Assembly (NCBI GenBank): GCA_026413945.1
Contig: JAOAJX010000002.1
Span: forward strand, 123,090 to 187,089
From: Candidatus Iainarchaeum sp.
Lineage (GTDB): Archaea; Iainarchaeota; Iainarchaeia; Iainarchaeales; DTGL01
Direction: 5' to 3'
Length of the DNA: 64,000 nt
The notes below the pieces were generated by a model. The model searched no databases and was not told where the DNA came from. It saw only the letters and a list, made by a program, of their open reading frames with translations. Within the stretch, counting starts at the first letter, position 1, and each line of letters opens with the position of its first letter. A program made the translations under genes and the position numbers. Shown here one piece after another: positions 1 through 8,558 of this stretch.

Positions 1-817
1 TGCCAGCGTAATCCTGTAAACCTGCCTCAAAACCAGAATTGCTGCTCTTAAGCACATATTTTTTTTCAGTTGATTTTTCAACTGCGCCACCACCATAAAC
101 TAGTGGAGATATTTTGGAAAGAAGCTCCTTTTTGCATATTAGCCCACCAATAGAAGGCCCACACATCTTATGACCGCTAAAAGCAAGAAAGTCTAAATCT
201 AATTTAGAAACATTTGGCTTTTTGTGCAAAGAACTTTGTGCAGCATCAATCATAACCGGAATGCCCTTTCTGTGAGCATCTGATATTATTTCTCTTATCG
301 GAAGGACATAGCCATCTATGTTGCTGATATGAACCAAGGATATTAACCCAACACTTTTTGAAAGCTGCCTTTCAAAAAAGCCAATGTCGTACTCTAAATC
401 TTTTCTACTAGGAACTACAGTTATTGCCAAGCCGCGCCTTTTTTGAACCAGCCAAGGCACAAGATTTGAGTTATGCTCACGGTCACTAATAATAATTTTT
501 TTCTTTTTACCGAATTTAAAGCTGTTTGCAACAATATTTATTGCCTCGGTTGCATTTTTGGTGAAGATTAAGCAATATGAGTTATCAGCACCGAAGTATC
601 GCAAGATGTTTTCTCTTGCCCTTTGTATCTTTTCAGTCAGCTCTGCGCCAAGCGCATGTGTTGAGCGCTCTGCACATACTCCGCTGTTTTCATAATACCA
701 AGAGACTGCTTCCAAAACTTGTTTTGGTTTAAGAGTGGTGCAAGCACTGTCAAAATATACTATTTCTCTTTTTTGCAAAACTGGGAAATCAGCCCTTATG
801 CTCTTTACGTTTAGCAT
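1..817 (-). CDS. Cysteine desulfurase / class V aminotransferase (SufS-like), 3' end outside the window
   Basis: Not in the ORF track. Manual translation from the ATG at 817 gives MLNVKSIRADFPVL..VYFDSACTTLKP, the PLP-lysine motif AFSGHKMCGP, and FEAGLQDYAG. Confidence 0.9.
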   Translation of the reverse strand, partial: MLNVKSIRADFPVLQKREIVYFDSACTTLKPKQVLEAVSWYYENSGVCAERSTHALGAELTEKIQRARENILRYFGADNSYCLIFTKNATEAINIVANSFKFGKKKKIIISDREHNSNLVPWLVQKRRGLAITVVPSRKDLEYDIGFFERQLSKSVGLISLVHISNIDGYVLPIREIISDAHRKGIPVMIDAAQSSLHKKPNVSKLDLDFLAFSGHKMCGPSIGGLICKKELLSKISPLVYGGGAVEKSTEKKYVLKSSNSGFEAGLQDYAG

Positions 818-870
818 TAAAATATTGTGTTTGCATAAAATATAAAATAACTTTTGGCTATCCATAAGGT

Positions 871-3240
871 GTGATCTATATGAAAAGCCGAGGCATACTG
901 TTGCTTATACTTACAACTTATTTAATGAGCAGCTGCTATGCAATAGTAGAAAATGGAAGCATTCCAATCTTTGCAGTAGTAGAATCTGAAACCTCCGCTG
1001 TGAAAGCTGAGCTCAACATAAGCATAGTGCCAGGAAATGGCAGAATATGGAGTTCTGTTGGGCCTCTTATAGGGACTTCAACACAGCACACTGAGAAAGT
1101 AGCAGTGAATGTTGCAAGAAACTATTCAAAGGATGTTAATAAATATGACTATATGTTTGACATAAAATCCGATGCAAGCGTTGTTGAGGGACCAAGCGCT
1201 GGTGCAGCAATGGCTCTTTTGCTTATTTCAATGCTTCAAGACAAAAAGCTACCAAACTATGTTTCCATAACAGGCCAAATATATGAAGATGGCACGGTGG
1301 GCTCTGTTGGCGGCGTTTACCTAAAAGCTCAGAAAGCACATGAATCAGGCATAAAGCTTTTCCTCATACCAAAAGGTGATGCTTACCAGACACACATGTT
1401 TCCAGATGGGATAAAAACAGTGAACCTTGTCGAGTATGCCCCAAAAAATTGGGGCCTAGTAGTAGTTGAGGTTTCAGATATAGATGAAGCATTAAAATAT
1501 GCATTTATGGATCTCAGCGAAATAGACGTTAATACAAAAATAAAGGAACAAGAGCCGTTTGCTCCACAAATGAAAGTTTTAAAGGACAAAATGAAGCCAA
1601 TGAAAGAGCTAACAAAAAAATACATAGGTAATTGCAAGGAAGAGATTAAAGAAGCAAAAGCTGCACTGAATGAGATTTCCAACCCAGATATGGAAGTAAT
1701 GACTGCATTGCTTGAATCTATTACAAACGCTGAAAAACTTATGAAAGACGCTAACATGCTTTATGAGGCTAATTATTTATATTCGGCAGCCAACAATGCA
1801 TTTCTTTCGTGTGTCTATGCTGGCTTTGTCAAAGATGTCGCAAAAAATCTATCTCTATTGGAATCAGATTCAAGTACAATAACATTCTTGAAAGAAGAAT
1901 TGATGGAAAAAGTCCAGGAAAGAAAAAATGTTTTAGAAAGCTTTTATACTTTGGAGAGAAGCGACTGGCTTATTGCTGCAAAGCAAAGAATACTGTGGGC
2001 AGAAACTAGCTTGAAAGGCATGGAAAGTAGGTTAACAACTATTGAGAAGCTAAAGGACTATGAGTTCGCTGCCGGATGGTATAAGATTTCAGGTGATTTC
2101 TACAATATCGCACTCTCAGCAAAAGACAAGTTCACGGCAAAGCCGAACCTAAAAGAAATTGCAAGAAAAAAGATAATAGAGGCTGAAAACTGCTACGCAA
2201 AGCTTTCTGAAAAGGACGATGACATTGAGAGGCGCATAAAGTCTGCAAAAGCTGGCATTGAAATTGGCTGGCATGATTCTGCAATAATGGATGCTGCAAG
2301 CGCATACAGCCTATGCAAATCACTTGATGAAATTGGCAAGAAAGGCCTTTCTGAAATAAAAGCAATGATTGAAGAAAAAAATAAAGAAGTTTACGATGAA
2401 ATAAGCAAAGATAATTTACAAGTATGGGCTGAGCTTTATCTTGACCATTCAGAATACTTCAAAAAGGCAGCTGATTATTACCAAGCGGAAGGAATGAATT
2501 CTAAAGCAATAGATAATGCAAAGGCAGCGCTGAGTTTAGCTTATCTTGCAGAACACACATTCAATTCATCCAAAGAAATAATCAAAGCTCTCCAAGAAGC
2601 CGATAAAAAAGAGCTTACAATAAAGCTGCCGCCTGCGGAAAACACAAAAAGCCAAACACCCGCCACAAACACTGGCCAACAGGGCAATGGCAAAGAAAAT
2701 AGCGATAAAAGCAATGAATCAGCAGTGGCTTACATTTATATCTTGGCTGCTATTGCGGTTGTTGCAATTTTAATAATGGCTTCAATTTTTTTGCTGCATA
2801 GGGCTGAGCTAAAAAGACATCCTATAAAAAAGCACTTAAAAAGAAAGATTGCGAAGCTTGAAGAAGAACTAACAAAAATAAACAAACTGCATGCGAGAGG
2901 CAAAATAAATTCAGAAGAATATGCTGCAAAAAAAGCAGAGTATGAAAAGCAAATAACCAATTTGAAGAATGAGATTTCAAAATATTCAAAAAAACTTGTT
3001 GAGCTTGACAGGCAAGTTGGAGAAATGAAAGGCCTTGTTGCTGCTTTAGAACAGATAAGGTACCACTATTCAAAAGGCGAGATAACTGACGAAGATTACA
3101 ACAAATTTGTTGAAGATTATAATGCAAAGATAGAAAAACTTAAGATGCACATAAAGAATGCTTCAGAACTTGCTGAAGAGCTACAAAAAAGCAGAGGAGA
3201 AAGTGAGCCAAAAAAGCAGAGGAAAAATAAAGGGAATTGA
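871..3240 (+). CDS. Membrane-anchored S16 (Lon-proteolytic-domain) serine protease without an AAA domain
   Basis: Signal peptide; EGPSAG catalytic Ser; GTVGSVGGVYLKA catalytic Lys; late TM helix; C-terminal coiled coil. ATG at 880 is an alternative start. Confidence 0.85.
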   Translation: MIYMKSRGILLLILTTYLMSSCYAIVENGSIPIFAVVESETSAVKAELNISIVPGNGRIWSSVGPLIGTSTQHTEKVAVNVARNYSKDVNKYDYMFDIKSDASVVEGPSAGAAMALLLISMLQDKKLPNYVSITGQIYEDGTVGSVGGVYLKAQKAHESGIKLFLIPKGDAYQTHMFPDGIKTVNLVEYAPKNWGLVVVEVSDIDEALKYAFMDLSEIDVNTKIKEQEPFAPQMKVLKDKMKPMKELTKKYIGNCKEEIKEAKAALNEISNPDMEVMTALLESITNAEKLMKDANMLYEANYLYSAANNAFLSCVYAGFVKDVAKNLSLLESDSSTITFLKEELMEKVQERKNVLESFYTLERSDWLIAAKQRILWAETSLKGMESRLTTIEKLKDYEFAAGWYKISGDFYNIALSAKDKFTAKPNLKEIARKKIIEAENCYAKLSEKDDDIERRIKSAKAGIEIGWHDSAIMDAASAYSLCKSLDEIGKKGLSEIKAMIEEKNKEVYDEISKDNLQVWAELYLDHSEYFKKAADYYQAEGMNSKAIDNAKAALSLAYLAEHTFNSSKEIIKALQEADKKELTIKLPPAENTKSQTPATNTGQQGNGKENSDKSNESAVAYIYILAAIAVVAILIMASIFLLHRAELKRHPIKKHLKRKIAKLEEELTKINKLHARGKINSEEYAAKKAEYEKQITNLKNEISKYSKKLVELDRQVGEMKGLVAALEQIRYHYSKGEITDEDYNKFVEDYNAKIEKLKMHIKNASELAEELQKSRGESEPKKQRKNKGN

Positions 3241-3242
3241 GG

Positions 3243-6194
3243 CTATTGTTGAGCCACATCTGAAAGATGTTTTGTGAGATCAAGGCCGACTATTTGAGAT
3301 CCTGATTTTGTAAGGGTAACTCCTAACACTTGCATCGCATATCTTACAACCACATTGTTGTGAGTAATAACTATTATATGCGACTTCTTAGACAACTCTT
3401 CTAAAACCTTGCTAACCTTTATTGAATTTACCTCGTCCAATGCAGCATCCGTTTCGTCCAAAAAATAAAGGGGTGCAGGCGCATACAAGAGTATTGCAAA
3501 AATGAAGGCCAGTGCTGTTAGGGTTTTTTCTCCGCCGCTCATCGCATCTATTGACTGTAAATTTTCTTTGTGCCTTGCTTCAATTATTAGACCAGCTTTA
3601 CTAATATCTTCGTAGTCTGTCAGACTAAGCTTGCCCGTGCCACCAAAAAAGTTGTAAAACATGTCAGAGAAGTTCTTGTTTATCTTCTCAAAGCAATCCA
3701 TGAATATTTCTTTCTTCCTGATCTCTATTTTTTGAATCATATCAATCACTGCTTTTTGTTCCTCTTCAAGCTTCTCTATCTTGGACTTGACTTCCAGAAG
3801 AAGTTCTTCTTCTTCCCTTACAGCTTCGCTTGCCCTAAGATTAACTGCACCAATTGTATTTAATTCACGATCAACGTCAGATAACATTTTTTTCATATCC
3901 TTAATTGGAACATCCTCTATGATTTGTGTCTTTGGAATCTCTTTTAGCTCTTCTTCAAGGTCTGCTAAACGCACTTCTGCTTTGCCAATTTCAATCCTTA
4001 TTTCGTTGCTTTCGCGTTCTGCTTTAACTGAATCTGCTTCAACAAGGTTGAGCTCTGTCTTAAGCTTTTGAATCAGGCCTAAGAGACCTTCTTTCTCCTC
4101 AAGAAGTGAAGCTATCTGTTCACTCCTCTTAAGCTTCTTCTCCTCTATCTTGGCAAGTTCTTTTTTGAGGCTTTCTAATGCCTTTGTTTTTTCCTCTTTT
4201 TGCTTGTTGAGCTGTTGCTTTTCAGATGAAAGCTCATTGATGCGAGCTCTTAAGGTCGCAATCCTTTCAGCAATATTCTCTATGTTAACTTCAGAAACAC
4301 GCAAATTGCTTTCAAGAGTTGAAAGCTGGTCTTTTAATTCGGCTAGCTGTGAATATTTATCATCATAGCTAAAGTCTGAAAGCTCATCAAGAAGTTCTCT
4401 TTTTTCCGTACGGATTCTGTTAAGAGAAGATATCTTCTGTTCAAGAGCTGATATTTCGCCTGAAAGTACTTTAAGATCCTTTATGCTTCTTTTTTCCTCT
4501 TCTATTTTGAGTTTTATTTCATCTACTCTCTTAATCTCTTTTTCCTTGGCTTGCAATTCTTGAGATATTTTTGAAAGCTTACCTAACTCTAATTCGGTTT
4601 CCTTTATCTTATTTCGAATCTCTTTGAGGTTTTCTACGATAGATGCTTTTTGCATTTCAGAATTTTTCAATTCCTTAAGCTTTTTTTCATGGAGTTTTTT
4701 CTTTCTTTCTGGGTTTATATTGCTGTCACAAATAGGGCATTTTGCTGATGCGCTCTCTATGCTAACAATTGCCTCTTTTAGCTGATTTATAAGCCCGGTC
4801 TGCAATCCATCTTTGGTTAAGAGATCTCTCTCAAGTTCCTTTAGCTTTTTTAGCTTTTCCTCTAAAGATTTGGATTCAAGAACATTCAATTGCTCTTTAA
4901 GATTTGAAATAGATGTTCTTAGCTGATCACAATCTGTTAATTCAGCAGATAGCTCTTTTATTCTCTTTTCCCTTAAGTCATTTTCACCTTTTATTTCTCC
5001 AAATTCTTTTTGCTTTGTCTTTATTGTGTCTTGCAGATTTTCTATCTCTTGCTCAATTGAACGTATTTCTTCCTCAATTTCTGCCTTTCGCAAAGAAAGT
5101 GCCTCACTATCTTTCTTCTTTTGCTGAATTTCGCTTTCCATGGAGTTTATTATCGAATTCTGCTCTTCAATCTCAAGCCTTATTGCCTCTATTTGCTGTT
5201 GCTCTTCTTCCTGCCTTCTAAGCAAGCTTTGCAGCTCTGTGGCAAGTGAGTTTTCTTGTGATTCAATTTTTCCAACTGCTTTGGAATTGGCGCTTATTAT
5301 TTCCTCCGAAACCCTTATCTCAGTTCTGAGCTCTTCTGCCTTTGCTCCAAACTCAAGATATATTTGTTGCTGTTCTTCAACAATACTCTTGCTTAATTCT
5401 TCGCTTTTCTTTTCGAATTCTGAAATTTTTTTGCTTATTGATTCTTTTTCAGATGACCTTTTAGACACTTTTTCCTGAAGTAGCCTAAGCCTTTCTTTAT
5501 TCTTTTCAATTTCCTGCTTTATAGCTTTTGCTTCGGAGTTTATTATGCTTGCCTTAAGCATATTTCTCCTTTCAACAAGGCCTTTATAGCGCTCTGCCTG
5601 CTCACGTTCCTTTTGCAGTTGCTCTAACCGCGCAAGTTTTTCTTGAAGCACGAGCTTAACATCCTTTATCCTTTCATTTACCTTATCAAGGTTAAGCTGT
5701 GCTTCTTTGCGCTTTATCTCAAATTCTTCTATGCCTGCAAGCTCATCAATTATTGTGCGCCTCTGCTCTGGATTCATCTCTATTATGCGAGTTATATCGC
5801 CTTGTGCTATAAAATTGTGCTTGCTTCTAAGCCCCAACTCTTCAACAAGTGAAACGAGCTCATTAAGCGTAACCTTCTTATCATTGATCCTGCATTCACT
5901 ACGTCCCTTGTTGTCTATAAGCCTGCTTATTAGTATCTCTTCATTATCGCGCTTAAGCTTAAGCTCAACCTTTGCATATTTTTCGGCTGAGCTGTAATTT
6001 ACAAGCTCTGTTATCTTTCCCATCCTCAAGCTTTTCATTGATGTCTCGCCGAGGACAAAAAGCATCGCATCGAGAAGATTGCTTTTTCCAGAGCCATTTG
6101 GGCCTATGATTGCGGTAAGGCCTTTTTTGAAAGGTATCTCTGCGCTTCTGAACGATTTAAAGTTCTTGAGAACGAGCTTCTTTATTTCAACCAT
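3243..6194 (-). CDS. smc: SMC-family ATPase with Smc-type heads and a central CPIC zinc hook instead of a hinge
   Basis: Walker A GPNGSGKSN; FIAQGDITRII Q-loop; MSGGEKTL signature; LDETDAALD Walker B/D-loop; long coiled coils; CPIC at aa 486-489. Confidence 0.85.
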   Translation of the reverse strand: MVEIKKLVLKNFKSFRSAEIPFKKGLTAIIGPNGSGKSNLLDAMLFVLGETSMKSLRMGKITELVNYSSAEKYAKVELKLKRDNEEILISRLIDNKGRSECRINDKKVTLNELVSLVEELGLRSKHNFIAQGDITRIIEMNPEQRRTIIDELAGIEEFEIKRKEAQLNLDKVNERIKDVKLVLQEKLARLEQLQKEREQAERYKGLVERRNMLKASIINSEAKAIKQEIEKNKERLRLLQEKVSKRSSEKESISKKISEFEKKSEELSKSIVEEQQQIYLEFGAKAEELRTEIRVSEEIISANSKAVGKIESQENSLATELQSLLRRQEEEQQQIEAIRLEIEEQNSIINSMESEIQQKKKDSEALSLRKAEIEEEIRSIEQEIENLQDTIKTKQKEFGEIKGENDLREKRIKELSAELTDCDQLRTSISNLKEQLNVLESKSLEEKLKKLKELERDLLTKDGLQTGLINQLKEAIVSIESASAKCPICDSNINPERKKKLHEKKLKELKNSEMQKASIVENLKEIRNKIKETELELGKLSKISQELQAKEKEIKRVDEIKLKIEEEKRSIKDLKVLSGEISALEQKISSLNRIRTEKRELLDELSDFSYDDKYSQLAELKDQLSTLESNLRVSEVNIENIAERIATLRARINELSSEKQQLNKQKEEKTKALESLKKELAKIEEKKLKRSEQIASLLEEKEGLLGLIQKLKTELNLVEADSVKAERESNEIRIEIGKAEVRLADLEEELKEIPKTQIIEDVPIKDMKKMLSDVDRELNTIGAVNLRASEAVREEEELLLEVKSKIEKLEEEQKAVIDMIQKIEIRKKEIFMDCFEKINKNFSDMFYNFFGGTGKLSLTDYEDISKAGLIIEARHKENLQSIDAMSGGEKTLTALAFIFAILLYAPAPLYFLDETDAALDEVNSIKVSKVLEELSKKSHIIVITHNNVVVRYAMQVLGVTLTKSGSQIVGLDLTKHLSDVAQQ

Positions 6195-6212
6195 GTGATA
6201 ACCACTTGCAAT

Positions 6213-7010
6213 TTATTTTTTGTGTTTTGAATAATAGAGCGCTAAAGCACCAATGCAAAAAGCTGAGTTAAAAGTTCCAAATGCGGAAAATATCGCAAAT
6301 ATAGTTATGTTATCATCAAAAGGCTCAACCACAATATTGTACAAGAGAGCTGTCAAAAGCAGCACCAAAAGCAAGATAAAGCACAGCAGAACAGTAGCCC
6401 AAAAGTGATTATTGACAAAAGCCCAATTTTTTTTCAGGGCTTGTTTAGCATTTGTTTTTTCCTCTGCAAGCGCCGGCATAACAAAAGTAAACAGCCGTAT
6501 GCAGATTATCAAAAAAATTAATAAAAACAAGGCAATTAGGCCAAAGTAAAGGTAAAGGTTAGGTATTGGCAATAATGCAACGACAAAAAAAAGGGTAAAG
6601 GCTGATACGAAGACAAGGAACATTATTCCTGAAAGCACAATAGCATTCCATAAAGAGCCAATCGCAAAGGCCAAAGCGCTTATGATACTTATTTTTTTCT
6701 CCTTTGAAATTATGATTCGGCAATAGTAAATACTTACAAGCAGGAAAACAGCTAAGCTCAAGAAAGCATAACCAACAATGTAAAAAAGACCTTTTGGGTT
6801 TACACTATAAAAATAAGATAAGGCATGAAAAGGATTGCTCAGGGGAGCCTCTTTTGTTGATATCAGGTAAATAAAATCCAGAAGTTCAAGCTGGAAAAAA
6901 ACAGATATATTTGCCAAGGCAAACATTGTGATGAAAACAGGCACAAGAGCAAAAGGCCTTTTAAACATCATGCCCAAAGAGCCTGACAAAGCACCAAGCA
7001 TATTTATCAA
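6213..7010 (-). CDS. Multi-pass membrane protein of unknown function
   Basis: About 6 hydrophobic segments; co-oriented upstream of smc. Confidence 0.7.
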   Translation of the reverse strand: MINMLGALSGSLGMMFKRPFALVPVFITMFALANISVFFQLELLDFIYLISTKEAPLSNPFHALSYFYSVNPKGLFYIVGYAFLSLAVFLLVSIYYCRIIISKEKKISIISALAFAIGSLWNAIVLSGIMFLVFVSAFTLFFVVALLPIPNLYLYFGLIALFLLIFLIICIRLFTFVMPALAEEKTNAKQALKKNWAFVNNHFWATVLLCFILLLVLLLTALLYNIVVEPFDDNITIFAIFSAFGTFNSAFCIGALALYYSKHKK

Positions 7011-7411
7011 TTCTAATAAGTAATTGAATGTTTATATAACTTTCCTTGAACTGCATAAGCCAATAAGTAAATCCGGAAATAACCAAATTTAAAAAAGCGT
7101 AACAAAAGGAATATAAACTGCAAAAAAGACCTGGACCTTGAGAAAAAAAGCAAAGGACTTAAAGGCAGAATTAGAAAAGTGCCGAGTTGACCCAAAAAGG
7201 AAGCTTACACGTTGGGAGTTAGGCTGATTGTACGACAGAATTCTACTTCGTTGCAGGTAAAATTCACCAGAAGAGCTTCTGTTAGAGCTCGAGGCGATCT
7301 AATAGGCAATATCAAAAAGCAAGGCCTCAAAAAAAAGGCATTGGCTCACAGTGCAAAGAAATGCCATAATGGCGCTTCTTGAAAATTTATATGGTGAAAA
7401 GCATTAGTCGC

Positions 7412-8374
7412 CTATTCCAAAATCTCAACATCATCAACTTGGCCATCGCTATCAAGGTCAAGGCCTTCAACCACATGCGCAATTCTGCCTTCTGAAAAGC
7501 TATTTGGCATTGCCATTTCTGCTGTCTTGAGCATTAAAGCAAGCACTGACGCTTTAGTGCCAACGTTCCTTTTGCCGGCAAGAAAAAGTATGTAGCGCCC
7601 TTCAAAGAAAGGGTGCTTTATTTTTTCCACAATGCCAACTGAATCCTCAGTATATTCTTTTTCTGAGTTTTTGCTCTTTATAACCCAATGAGCATTTTTT
7701 TGTAAAAATCTAATGCTCAGATGCTCGTTAACCTCTGCACTGGTTTTATTTGTTATAGGGCCGCCCACCACAATAAGATTTGAATTTTCCTCGTTTATAT
7801 TGCCAACCATAGTATCTAAGTATACAAACGGCTGTTTTATGCGGCTGCAAAAAAGCCCAAGAAAGCATGAAAGTTCAGCAGCAATGTGTGCATCCCGTGC
7901 TCTTGCCTTAAATATTCCGTGTGAATCTGGCGCACCTATAACAATTTTCGCATCTAAAGCACCATTTCTGATGAAAGGATAGAAAAAATCATTAATTGCT
8001 TTTGGCACGCTCTTTTCTTGGCCAATTATCTCTGTGTTTGACTTTTGCTCTGGAAAAGGCACAAATGCAAAACATTTTTTTGTTGCAACATAGTATTTTG
8101 CAAGCCCACCTTGCTTTTCCTCCTTTTTTGTCATCTCCAAGAGGCCTGCGCTCTTCAGTCTGTTGATATAGTAATAAACTTCTTGCTGCCCAAGGCCTAA
8201 TTTCTTAGCAAGTTCTGCAGGATATTTTTCGCCAGAAGCAAACTCGCAGAATATGCGCCAACATTTTTCATTAAGAAGAGGCCTTATGGCTTCTGGAGAT
8301 TCAAGAATTTCGCAAAAGCTTTGGTAAGTTTTGCCGTTTTTTTCAAATGAAACTCGGCCTTCCAAAAATAACAC
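7412..8374 (-). CDS. ArsR-like HTH transcriptional regulator with a C-terminal sensor-like domain
   Basis: HTH YPAELAKKLGLGQQEVYYYINRLKSAGLL; C-terminal NLIVVGGPITN domain; divergent from glmS. Confidence 0.75.
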   Translation of the reverse strand: MLFLEGRVSFEKNGKTYQSFCEILESPEAIRPLLNEKCWRIFCEFASGEKYPAELAKKLGLGQQEVYYYINRLKSAGLLEMTKKEEKQGGLAKYYVATKKCFAFVPFPEQKSNTEIIGQEKSVPKAINDFFYPFIRNGALDAKIVIGAPDSHGIFKARARDAHIAAELSCFLGLFCSRIKQPFVYLDTMVGNINEENSNLIVVGGPITNKTSAEVNEHLSIRFLQKNAHWVIKSKNSEKEYTEDSVGIVEKIKHPFFEGRYILFLAGKRNVGTKASVLALMLKTAEMAMPNSFSEGRIAHVVEGLDLDSDGQVDDVEILE

Positions 8375-8558
8375 CTAATAAAAATATATTACCACTAAAA
8401 AATAATTTTTAATTATAGTATGAAAACATTTTTATATATATGCTATTTTACCAAAAAAGACCTAATAACCATTTTTTAGAGGTTATTTGCTTATTTTAGT
8501 GGCTTTTATATACAAAAAATCATAATTTTATATTAATTAGCTTCCTACCGGTGCGCTT
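8375..8558. promoter_or_regulatory. Divergent AT-rich promoter region with candidate operators
   Basis: AATAACC-N10-GGTTATT palindrome at 8464-8487; inverted pair CCACTAAAA (8392-8400) / TTTTAGTGG (8494-8502). Confidence 0.45.

Noticed and set aside
3243-6194. Plain Rad50 annotation
   Set aside because: Head motifs are Smc-type (LDETDAALD, VNLRA) and no mre11 is adjacent
7013-7195. 60-aa minus-strand ORF
   Set aside because: TTG start with no RBS; a Phe/Leu-rich product of an A-rich opposite strand; no motifs
7190-7380. RNase P or SRP RNA
   Set aside because: No convincing GAGGAAAGUCC/P4 pairing and no SRP helix-8 CAGG-GNRA-AGCA motif could be built by eye
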